From the NCBI GenBank assembly GCA_964016885.1, contig OZ024741.1, positions 379,874,001 through 379,938,000 on the forward strand: a DNA stretch of 64,000 nucleotides, given 5' to 3'. The position numbers were made by a program, and so were the translations under genes. Below, piece by piece: positions 52,297-64,000 of this stretch; position 1 is the stretch's first letter, and every line of letters begins with the position of its first letter. The notes below the pieces were generated by a model. It made no database searches. It was not told the DNA's origin and was given only the letters and a program-made list of their open reading frames with translations. This DNA comes from Eledone cirrhosa. Its lineage: Eukaryota.

Positions 52297-52298
<2 letters not shown>
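51921..52298 (+). mobile_element. Palindrome+tail element made of the 3' terminus of the 21703-22866 PLE family
   Basis: Arms 51921-52086 and 52097-52262; left arm aligns to 21703-21870; ~35-nt tail, then (TA)n. Confidence 0.85.
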
Positions 52299-52348
<50 letters not shown>

Positions 52349-52439
52349 AAAGAGTTTATGCAAACATACATATAATAATATGCGTCTATACAACATATGT
52401 ATGTTTATATTCATATATATCATCATCATTATCACCATT

Positions 52440-53065
52440 ATTCTTTTTCCGTGTTTGCAGGAAGTGGATTGGTTTTTACATGTTCTTTTTCCACTTCTTA
52501 CGTTCCTTCTAATAATCTCTCCGGAGTTCAGCGATTTTAAATCCACTGTCACCAAAGTTTTCCCCTTCTGTACTTTTCTCACATGGAGATTTCTTCGCGC
52601 ATCATCAGATATAATCATCAAATATCCAACCCATTGGACGGACTGTAGTTCTAAATAAAAGGTTTTGGCACGTCACCTATTTTGTCATGCTGAATCTGCC
52701 TTGATAAATACATTAAGAGTACACATATCAGTACAATACTCAGAGCATTTCAACAGCAGAAATTCCCAACGAACAACTGGAGAAATCATCGTTGAAAGTG
52801 AGAGGTCATTCTATGTTCGTAATTTTAGATTTACTGAGTCTACCTCATTGATTGCATTCCTTCGTGGATCATTTATTTCAAATTGTGTGAATTCATAAAC
52901 GAGAATTATTCAAAGAGAAATGCTTCAGAAATAAGCATGGAACAAATTTTATGTCTGTGTTTATCTCTCTTTTATATTCAATTATGATATACGGCGCGGA
53001 AAAAATCCCTTTCCTAGAGCTATTTTATTGTAAGAGACTATTTTGCGTTTCTCAATATATACCTG
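52440..53065. mobile_element. Very decayed PLE remnant: minus-strand RT scrap plus plus-strand 3' tail
   Basis: KTLVTVDLKSL resembles PLE RT motif A; tail shared with 8920-9000. Confidence 0.45.
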
Positions 53066-53101
53066 TGATACACACACACAATATATACCTGTGACATACA
53101 C

Positions 53102-53182
<81 letters not shown>

Positions 53183-53263
53183 GGAAAAAGTATGACCTAA
53201 GTATTGAGTACTCTGGTGCGTTATGGTCCATCTGGTTCCTTACCACAATTCCTTCGTTATATA

Positions 53264-53337
<74 letters not shown>

Positions 53338-53513
53338 TGAACGTGTTGGTTTTTCCGTTGCTTTGTTGTCGTGGGTTTGCCTGCCATACATATTTGCAAT
53401 TTGTCATGCCGTCATGGATGTTATTACTTTCTGATAGAGTGCTTGGTTGCATAATTCCTAATTGTATTTCGTTGGCTTGGCTACAGCCGAAGCTTCAAAT
53501 TAAATAAAATTAA

Positions 53514-53561
<48 letters not shown>

Positions 53562-53609
53562 AGAAGTGTAAGTCACCTGTGTAAAATTAACTTCGTTTAT
53601 TCATATTCT

Positions 53610-53666
53610 CTGCTACACATATTTCAGTGATAGCCATTATTCAACAGCTATAACCTCATCAGGCAG
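53610..53666 (-). ncRNA. Type I hammerhead ribozyme in a (TA)n-flanked element (53557-53882)
   Basis: Minus strand ctgc-CTGATGA-ggttatagctgtt-gaat-aatggctatcact-GAAA-tatgtg-TA-gcag. Confidence 0.8.
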
Positions 53667-53980
53667 TGTGAATACGAACAAAGAAAAAACAGGAAAAAAT
53701 GTCATAGATTGTAGCTTTTGTCATAGATTTTACATTTTAATTCATGGATATGCCCAGGTCCCAGCAGTGCTTTTAGTCCTTTAAGGAACTGAAGGCATAA
53801 ACAGAACAACCTGCGAACTGCGTTGAGTGCTCCACCCTTCGTACTGAGATGTCGGTAAACAACCAACACATACTCAAAATGCATATATATATATATATAT
53901 ATATATGCATACACATATATGCATACACACACACATAGATGCACATACCCACAAATACCCCCCCCCCAGAACACCCACCT

Positions 53981-54049
<69 letters not shown>

Positions 54050-54460
54050 TATATATATATAAATCATCTTAATCTTTTTGTTTCTATATTATATAGGAAT
54101 CGTACTTGTCTGGTGAATTGTAAAGTATTGCTATTCAAATAATAACATTTGGTGGAGGTTACATTCAGTTGCAATTGATTGATTACTTGTAAATAGAATA
54201 TTTCAAAAGATGTAATTCTTCGTATATACTAATATTGCCACATAAAACATTAGTGTTTGCTGCAACTTTAAGTATTTTTCAATTTCCATTTACAATGGAA
54301 TTGATTTGCTGTTTGATATCTTACGTGACTGTGAAGAAATATTTGCTTCAATTGATTGGTGTTCGATAATTTCTGTGTTAAATAATACGCAGTGTCGCCA
54401 ATGTGTAACATTTAAGTACAATTATTCATCATCACAGATATAAGTCAATCTTTATGTGGG

Positions 54461-54531
<71 letters not shown>

Positions 54532-54642
54532 GATATAAATCTATATATGATTATTTATATATATAGATTTATAGATTTATTTATATATATACATTCATAC
54601 ATACGCATACACACACGTCTCTCTCTCTCTCTCTTAATATTT

Positions 54643-54762
<120 letters not shown>

Positions 54763-55111
54763 GTGTGTGAGTGTGAGCATGTGTTTATGTGTGCGTGACA
54801 TCTGTTTGAGTGCGCGTGATTGTGCGTAGACTTAAATCGTGTATCTATGTCTTGCAACAACATCACCACCTCTGAAAGAATCTTTTTAAAATTTAGCATC
54901 AAAATCCAAATTCATCTACGATTAATGCATTAGGGAGGTTGTCATGACACCTAGAAGAATTTCCAAAAGAAGACTGAGAAAAAATGAAAGCTCTAATGGA
55001 GTGGGAATTGAATTGTTTGGGTTAGGTTTTGAATAGTTTCAATTTCTGAAGTGATAAAATAGATATTTCATCTACATTACAACACATTCTGCGTTACGCC
55101 ACCCATCACCC

Positions 55112-55203
<92 letters not shown>

Positions 55204-55714
55204 ATATTCTTGAATTTGCCCTCCATTTTATTTCATACATTTCTGTCAGTCACTTACACACTTTTCTTGGAGTGTATACATGAATGTATACATTTATAAA
55301 TCTGTACAATGACTTTATAGTTACCTATGTGTGAGTATTTGTAAGTATGCGTGTGTATATGTGTCGGTTATGTATGTGTATGTGTTCGTGGATGTCAGTG
55401 TTGATGTGTATGTATATAACAGTCTGTAGATATATCCATGAATTCGTATTTAACATTTCGGAGTATGTCGATACATCCTTGCATACAGTTTTCTATAATC
55501 CATATATATGTATTATATTTACTTATGAGGATGAGTATGTTAACCAACTTTCATGTATTTCGTATTTTGTCTCTGTTTCTGAAATACTCGTGTGGAAGAG
55601 GGGTGTATATATATATATATATATATGTGTGTTTAAAAATCTGTGAATCATTCTATATGCATGTACGGCGTTCTCTGTGCCTGAGTGGAAAATCATCTTC
55701 ATCGCCGTCGTCTT

Positions 55715-56553
<839 letters not shown>

Positions 56554-57416
56554 GGATATATATATATATAATAAGTTGACGGAAATAGCATGGGTTTCAG
56601 TGATATGACCGGTTGCATCTCAGCGTACTCAATAGGTAATGTTAAGTAAACTTCCAGAGTAGACACATAGCTATTCGCTTCAATCCACCACACCACACGC
56701 AAATGGGTACCTTCAATATTTTTCCGAACACGAGTTTCGGCCACACTTAATGCAGTAATAGAGTGCTCAGAATCTACTGTCTGCATCTATTATGCAACAA
56801 CGCACAATCGGCGCATGTGATATCATCAGCGGGTTTCGCCTAATCATTGAGCGATGGATCGACAGAATTCGATTCCAGTCCGTGTCGGCTATTATTGTAT
56901 GTGACGGCCAACACAGTAAAACAATAGCAACTGAAATCCCTACGCGTCATCACAATGCATCGATTGGCTACTGATTCAGAATCCATCGATTGGCTACTGA
57001 TTCAGAAATTTACGTGACGACAGGAGGCGAAATTCAAATAGTTTCTCCTCCCGGAACTAAACTATTTTATATATATATATATATAAATAAATGTTCTCCT
57101 TTGCCGATGATCCAAAATTTGACATCTATGATTCACTGACTAATGGAATATATACAAAGGAGATTAATCTTTATTGAAAGAATCTAGTCTAGATACTTGT
57201 TTTATTCTTAATATGTTACCTCCGTAACTATATGTGTTTATACACTTCACAAATTATCCCCTGTACTATTTGATGTGTTTATTTTACATACATACGTCGT
57301 TTTACTTTAAAATTCAATATAAATGCTCGGATTTATTGCGTGAAATCTCACAGCATCTTTCCACAGGTGATATGGCGCATGATTCTCATAATCTCAGACA
57401 TGACTTCCTTAATCTA

Positions 57417-57461
<45 letters not shown>

Positions 57462-57497
57462 ATATCTATCTATCTATCTATCTATATATACATATAT

Positions 57498-57576
<79 letters not shown>

Positions 57577-57580
<4 letters not shown>

Positions 57581-57600
57581 GATAGATAGATAGATAGATT

Positions 57601-57684
<84 letters not shown>

Positions 57685-57685
57685 T
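57577..57685. repeat. (GATA)n microsatellite
   Basis: Seen directly. Confidence 0.95.
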
Positions 57686-58189
57686 ATGTATGTACTATAG
57701 TAAATTTCGTAAGAAAATTATATCACAAGTTGGCTGATCAGTCAGTCTGAGGGTCAAGTTGTGATATACATAGAATATCGGGGTAAATACACGTTTTCTT
57801 CCGTCGAATACGGCGAGGCCTGTGTCCAACAATCGGATACCATAGGCAATGTATTCATAGGGTCATCGGGCTGATGTATGCCATTTGGTGGGATTAACGA
57901 TTTTGGAAAACTTACACGCCAAATTTCCAGACTTCCACACATGTCCATAACCACATTCTGGTCGAGCTCTTTCAATCTATAAAAGCTGTTAATGAAAACC
58001 TAAGATTCATACACCAATGTTTCTGTCCCCCTCCCAAGGTGTTTAAAATCCTCATTGAGGACATAAGCAATTGTATATCTAAATTCTCGTCTAATAAATC
58101 CATGTTTAATGGTTTGGCCTTCTTCTAAACCAGCACTCGGGCAAACAGCGTTTTCTCAGAAATATGTCTTTTCTTCTAAACAACACCCA

Positions 58190-58860
58190 CCTAACGCTAG
58201 GAAGGAAAATAGAAAGAAATTACTAACATGCGTCTCCCCTCCATTCTCACTCTATACAAAACCAACTTAACCAGAGTTTCCATACCCTTATTGACAAAAA
58301 CATCCACATAGACTATAAGTATAAACCAGTTTTTAACTGACAAATAGTGAGAATCAGCAACTCTTGTGCAAAATACATGTAAGCCCAGATAACCTGCATA
58401 CCCAAGAATCCTCCCGCACCAGGATGCTATTGAAAAAAGCCTCAATCATACATTCTAGATCAATAGTACATCACACTCGTGGGTGTATATTAAACTGAAG
58501 TAATCTCTATCAAATCGCATGACCTGAAAGATGACAGAAAATATGCTGGTATATTGGCGGGCCACTTCAAAGCTGCTTCACAGCCATGAGTCGTATCGTA
58601 GGCACTAGGATAAAAAAAATAGCCACAATGCTGGCAATTCATGAATGGTTCACCAAGGATCATAGTGCAATGCATGGAAAAATCACTTCCTTACATAAAC
58701 AGTAAGAAGACATGTAAATTGTGCAAAACAGAACGATTGAACATCTTAAGACGGCTTCATACTATGAAAACATACCTTAATACGAAGGCAGCGTTTTTCA
58801 ACCGCTTTCCACAGATGCTGCAATACATTTCAGATAATTTGAAAAACCTTGGATAACATC
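58190..58860 (+). mobile_element. Decayed PLE linker/GIY-YIG fragment
   Basis: PPFSL..KTNL at the start and PYINSKKTCKLCKTERLNI..YLN at the end. Confidence 0.65.
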
Positions 58861-59499
58861 AGGATAGCTACAATCCAAAATCTGGTACATCGAGCTTACT
58901 TCCACCCAACATTGCCACCTTTTCACATTGATGATATCTTTCTACCACTCTAAATAAGTAAAAAAAAGAGCGACCGCCAAGGAAGCTCTAGCCTCTATTT
59001 CATCTATCTAACACACAAGAAAACATTTTAAGTAATACTCTACTATATCTTCCCAGACTACATAATAGATTCTCATGTCCTAAATTAATTCTTCCTCTTT
59101 TTACGCAATCCTAAATAACGGTTATCTTCCCTTATAAAACAGGCAACCTAATATCATATGTTCTCTCCCTTCCCATAAGAATTCTCTAATAGTATTCAAA
59201 TTCTGTCGAAACATATTCCAAGACACCTGACATGAAAAGATGCGAAAATAATTTCACTGCGAAAGGCGTGTATTCTACAGTTGGCAATGGGGGTGAATTT
59301 AGCCTATAATAAATTATTTAAGTTGTTAATACAACAGAAAAGCATTTAGATATTCAAAGCTCTGATGTGTTATTTTCAATATCCAGATTAGCGAAAAGTA
59401 GTGCCGCTTACTTCCGGTATTCGTAGGTTTTTAATGACAGAGCTTATATAAATGCAAGAAATAGATCACCAAGTGTTAACAAATAATACATTATTTATA

Positions 59500-59682
59500 T
59501 TGTCAGTATCGGTAGAGGGTCGGACGTCATGCTTTGACACATAGAGTTACGGCCGTTTCCATTCTGAGTTAAAAATTCCGCCGAGGTCAACTTTGCCTTT
59601 CATCCTTACGGGGTCGATAAAATAAAGTACCAGTAATGTACTGGGTTATTTCTGGCCTTGTGCCAAATGTAGAAACAATTAT
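59500..59682 (+). mobile_element. tRNA/Nin-domain-like SINE
   Basis: Aligns to 23743-23930. Confidence 0.85.
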
Positions 59683-59759
59683 TTATTTGACCTACACATC
59701 TTTCAGTCCCCCGAATAACATTATTTTCAATATCTTTGTATAGAAATCCCCAGATTCAA

Positions 59760-60250
59760 TTATATATAACATCTAAAAAGTATTTATGTACTGACCATAT
59801 GTGCACGCTCCATCCAGGTTTTTTCCTGGTTTTCCTGTACTACAGCTTCCTTCCACTGTCTCTTTCATATCCCATGGTCTTTATTTCAGCAGCTATCCTT
59901 ATCCGTATGTATGAAATGTCCAAACAATCACAGCCTCATCTCTTGCACAATAAATATGTTTCTTTTTATACACAGCATTTCTCCCAGTTCATCCCTGCCA
60001 TGTCCTTCATGTGTATGAATATTGCTTATGCAACGAATGATGCTCACTTAATTGTTATCCTTCTTCCATATAACCTCTTTCATTTCAAGCCATGTGTCAT
60101 TTCTCAAAGAAAATCTTTTGTTGTCAACAGAAAGAGTAGATCCGTAATTTCTTTCTCCAGCGCATAGTTTTTGAAAGTCATGTTCCCCATTGTTAACTGA
60201 ATGAGCTTGCTATCTGAAAATATCAACTAATTCTATTATACGTTTCCGAT
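59760..60250 (-). mobile_element. Decayed RTE-like LINE fragment
   Basis: LFGHFIH..D...QEKTW resembles the RTE C-terminal WFGHV..GRPKKTW pattern. Confidence 0.45.
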
Positions 60251-60397
60251 ATTAGAAACTGATTATTTCTTACTACCCACTGTTTCTATGCATTTGTGAC
60301 ATGTAAATTCTATATTTTCTCTTAGTCCGTGTACAGTCCCTCTCCCTCTCTCTCTCTCTACACACACACACTTACACACACACACTTTCACGCCCCA

Positions 60398-60460
<63 letters not shown>

Positions 60461-60793
60461 TACACGCACATTCACATACAAGTATATACGAACTTTGTTT
60501 CCACTTTTCCATATAAAGCGTGAAACTAATAATACGTGTCTACTTCTATTTCTATTTGTTGTTTCATTGAAACATATATATATATATACGATATTAATAA
60601 ATGGAAACAATATTTATAAAACCATATTTATTTCATTATACATATTTCAGGGATACCAAATTAAAATTTGGTATGCCTTCATCAGATAAAATACAATATA
60701 TAAGCAGTTTTATAAATAATTTTGACGTACCGTATTAAATGCAACCATTATTTTTGGAAGCTGTCTGGATAGTGAAATGTTTATATTATGTTA

Positions 60794-61613
60794 CTAGCAG
60801 TAAAGCCCGGCGTTGCTCGGGGTCGCTCAGTAACTGTGTTAAAGTTACAATGTTAAGTTTCTTTCTTGGCTTAAAAACTGTAGTGTCTACTGTGCAGACT
60901 TGCATGTGGTGTTTTTGATTAATATTCCCTCAACCAACAATATGCCTTATGAAGTTAAGAAAACATAACGATAACCCGAATGTTATAACAAAAGAGGATG
61001 CTGGGGATAGAAACTGCACTGGTTATTTATTAACAAAGATCGAAAATGTAAACACTGCAACGCAGAGAAAAACATTAGCGTAACCAAATTATCAGTTATG
61101 TCTGTCTGCACGCCTATATCACCTCTCTGCACGACTGTCTGTCTGCACGCCTAACGAAATTTACAGATACATATATTTTATATAAACTTATATAATTTTT
61201 GCTTTTTTTAACGAAATATTTGCTTGTTTTAAGTAGTTTTTAAATAGACTTGTTTTCTAGTAAATATATTGTTTTAAAATGCTTCTTTTACGTAGTCTTT
61301 AAATCGAGTATTGTGTTAATGTCATTTTAAACGCTGAGAAAGCCAGCGTAATTTTTTTAATTTTTGCACGCAGACGCTCAATGTAAACAGAACAATGGGA
61401 AATAACTGATCACTTACGCTCAAAAATCGATACATTATATTCGATTTCGTCACATAGGGTGGGTGAATTTGAAATGTTTTTTTTTCCGATGTCTTCGCTA
61501 GGGCTCAATGTACAAGTATAGCAATTTCGGTGCAATTCCGTGAGAGATTCTAAGAGGAGATGTGTGCCAAAAATCGATAGACAGACAGACAACCACAGTT
61601 TTATATATATAGA
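60794..61613 (-). mobile_element. Non-autonomous Helitron
   Basis: Same termini as 23931-24307 (TC...cccgagcaacgccggg...CTAG), A|T target, different interior. Confidence 0.88.
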
Positions 61614-61793
61614 TTAGTTATAGTGTTAAGCACAATCCGTTTTTTCTTTCTTTCTCTCCGTCTTTTTCTAATTGTGCTTAACACTATAACTAATAAAATA
61701 ATATAAACATTTCACTATCCAGACAGCTTCCAAAAATAATGGTTGCATTTAATAGGGTACGTCAAAATTATTTATAAATCTGCTTATATATTG

Positions 61794-61858
61794 TATTTTA
61801 TCTGATGAAGGCATACCATATTTTAATTTGGTATCCATGAAATATGTATAATGAAATA
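61794..61858 (+). ncRNA. Minimal type I hammerhead ribozyme (mirror copy at 60629-60693 on the minus strand)
   Basis: tattttat-CTGATGA-agg-c-atacca..tggtat-c-c(a/c)t-GAAA-tatgta-TA-atgaaata; 8-bp stem I. Confidence 0.82.
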
Positions 61859-61985
61859 AATATGGTTTTATAAATATAGTTTCCATTTATTAATATCGTA
61901 TATCTACTCCAAAAACTTGTCGAGTACTTTATATCAGTTATAAAATATTTACTTGTTGTATCCCAACAATTTTAAATAGAATTTT

Positions 61986-62020
<35 letters not shown>

Positions 62021-62022
<2 letters not shown>

Positions 62023-64000
62023 TAAGGTTTGTTGGTTCACCACTGGATAGAACTGGTCATTCCGTATGGTCAAACTTGGTGTAATATTGTGAAGAGTACT
62101 CAACGCAAGTCATCCATCTTCATTTGTGTAGTGGTGGTGCGAATACGGAGTTAATTATAAATGAAATAACAGTAGGCTGGACTGGGGTAAATCCTTGAAA
62201 GTTTTATTATACTATGATCATTTCAAAGACTGACCGGGTTCCATGTGAATCCGGCGATATCATCAGGTATTGGAATATAACAAAGGAATATGTAAAAAGC
62301 CATGGGTCCGAAAAACCATGGGTCCGGGAAACCAGAGTCAGGAAGGGCGGCTGACCAACTAGCTCAGAGCCAGCCGCCCTCAAAGTGGTTGCAACCGAAA
62401 ACTACCAGTGAATATCTGGTAAGGAGGCGCAGGCCTATCATATACACCACCACTCCGTCAAAGAAGAAGGGGTAGAAACTAAGAATAGGAGAAAAATGTA
62501 GTGTAAGCGTCAAACTACATTCATGTTAGAAAATGCCGCGAAAAAAAATGCTACCCAAAGAATCTATAGTGGGTGTCTGTATGGTCTAATGTGTGAACCG
62601 AAGATTGAACGCTAAACTTATGTTGCGAGTTATAGGATGAAATAAATTAAATTAAAAATATTATATTGCAAAATGGTAAATTGAAAAATAGAGGTAGCGA
62701 GATTTATTTATTTAACGAACTTACGGAAAGAGACTGATATGAAACATTTTTTTAATTTTATTCGATAACATATTAGGATGGGATATAGAGTAAATATTTC
62801 GATTGGGAGTCTCAGCCAGCACACCCACAACCATGAGTCAGCCAGTCTCGAGTGGTATCGTCCAGCGAAAGAAATGGAAATTAATTTTTCAGAGTACTCT
62901 AGGAACGTAGCTAACTTTGGCCCCGGGATCACTAGCGGGAACCCCACAATTTCGAAAGGGCATCGTCTATACCACGAATATTATTAAATCACACATTAGG
63001 GGTTTATTGACGTGTCAATCGAGGCTTGATACAGCTAATAGTTGTGCCCAAACCTGGAGTTTGTAGGTACAGGTATAATTAAGCGGCCAAAACAGGCGGC
63101 GCGGTGGGACTGGGGCAGAGCAAGCCACTCCGAGTAATTTCATTTACCGAAAGAGGGGAAATTTATTTCTCCGAGCACTCAAGGAATGCTGAACTTTCAA
63201 AGTGCCCAGCGCGCAGCCGGGGAAAAGCCACCACACAAATCAAACAATGAAAATTGCAAATAGATCAAAATTATTTTAATTTATTTTAAAGTCCCAGTTA
63301 GTCCGGATTATAGGTAGTGTGGTTCTTACGTATGTAGGGGGCTATGAAGATGCATAATGACCTGAGTAAGGAAAAGTTACAAAAAAATACCAATACATTG
63401 ATACAAATACATTAATAAAATAATAGAAAATAATAAAGTAATAAAATATACATTAATGAGATAGTAAAAAAATTAATAAAGGTAAATAAGAGTCAATATA
63501 GATCAAGTTGTTGTAAGATAATATAAGTTGTACATATACATACAGATATAGAGGATGGAGGAGATGGAATGGTAACAGATTGTACCTAGTGTAAAGTTCG
63601 GGTTCCGAATTCAGTGCGAGTCACAAAAAGTCCTGAGGTATAGAGTAGAGAATACAGTCAATACAATACAAGTTTTAGTATAATACGAAGAGTTTTGTCG
63701 GAATCGGAATCATCCCGACAAGGAAGTGGTACCAGGTGGCGGTAGATAAGGCGCAGAGCAGCCAAAATGCAAATGGCAAGTAGATCAGTTAATCCCATGC
63801 TGGTAATAGCTGTACACTGAAGTCAGTGCCGCTGTTCAATATTACATTTTGAAATGCTCAACATTATAGGAGCATTATTTTTTAAGGTTTGTTGGTTCAC
63901 CACTGGATAGAACAGATCATTCCGTATGGTCAATTCTGGTGTAATATTGTGAAGAGTACTCAACGCAGTGCAGTTCACCCATCTTCATTTGTGTAGTTGG
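62021..64000 (-). mobile_element. Non-coding pseudo-LTR/partial-tandem element with HHR, 1860-bp period, running off the window end
   Basis: 62022-62135 repeated from 63882; minus-strand ttgagtactct tail motif; ends at (TA)n. Confidence 0.75.
62209..62270 (-). ncRNA. Minimal type I hammerhead ribozyme
   Basis: Minus strand atac-CTGATGA-[ccggattc/gaacccgg hairpin, base mismatched]-GAAA-tgatca-TA-gtat. Confidence 0.72.

Larger units (their letters stand above)
60583..61990 (+). mobile_element. Palindrome+HHR+tail element interrupted by a Helitron
   Basis: Left arm 60583-60793 plus 61614-61637, right arm 61671-61903, tail 61904-61990 with gagtactt, (TA)n flanks. Confidence 0.85.

Noticed and set aside
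56958-57007. 26-bp tandem duplication catcgattggctactgattcagaa
   Set aside because: Only two copies with no spacers; simple slippage, not CRISPR-like
57720-58180. Minus-strand PLE RT N-terminal remnant opposite the 58190 fragment
   Set aside because: Too decayed to support by eye; needs a profile search
62778-62987. 69-aa ORF (and a 46-aa minus-strand ORF at ~63658-63798) inside the 1.86-kb unit
   Set aside because: Short, with no recognisable motifs; within chance expectation

Overview
AT-rich, microsatellite-dense animal genomic DNA; the tRNA/Nin-domain SINE family suggests a cephalopod, probably an octopus (inference). No host protein-coding exon, rRNA, tRNA gene or CRISPR array is recognisable; nearly all non-TE ORFs in the track are translated microsatellites or antisense shadows of TE ORFs. 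Three systems dominate. (1) A ~23 kb array (28352-51480) of five non-LTR retrotransposons separated only by (TTA)n: four R4/Dong-type RT+REL elements, one with an intact 1130-aa ORF, and one oppositely oriented Tx1/L1-type element. (2) Many decayed Penelope-like elements (PLEs). (3) More than a dozen short non-coding elements in (TA)n tracts built as palindrome or partial tandem plus an unpaired 3' tail with a shared GAGTRCTY motif. Several carry minimal type I hammerhead ribozyme (HHR) cores, and at least one is made of a PLE terminus present elsewhere in the window. SINEs, non-autonomous Helitrons and RTE/CRE fragments are nested among them. All alignments and folds were done by eye, so boundaries are approximate.
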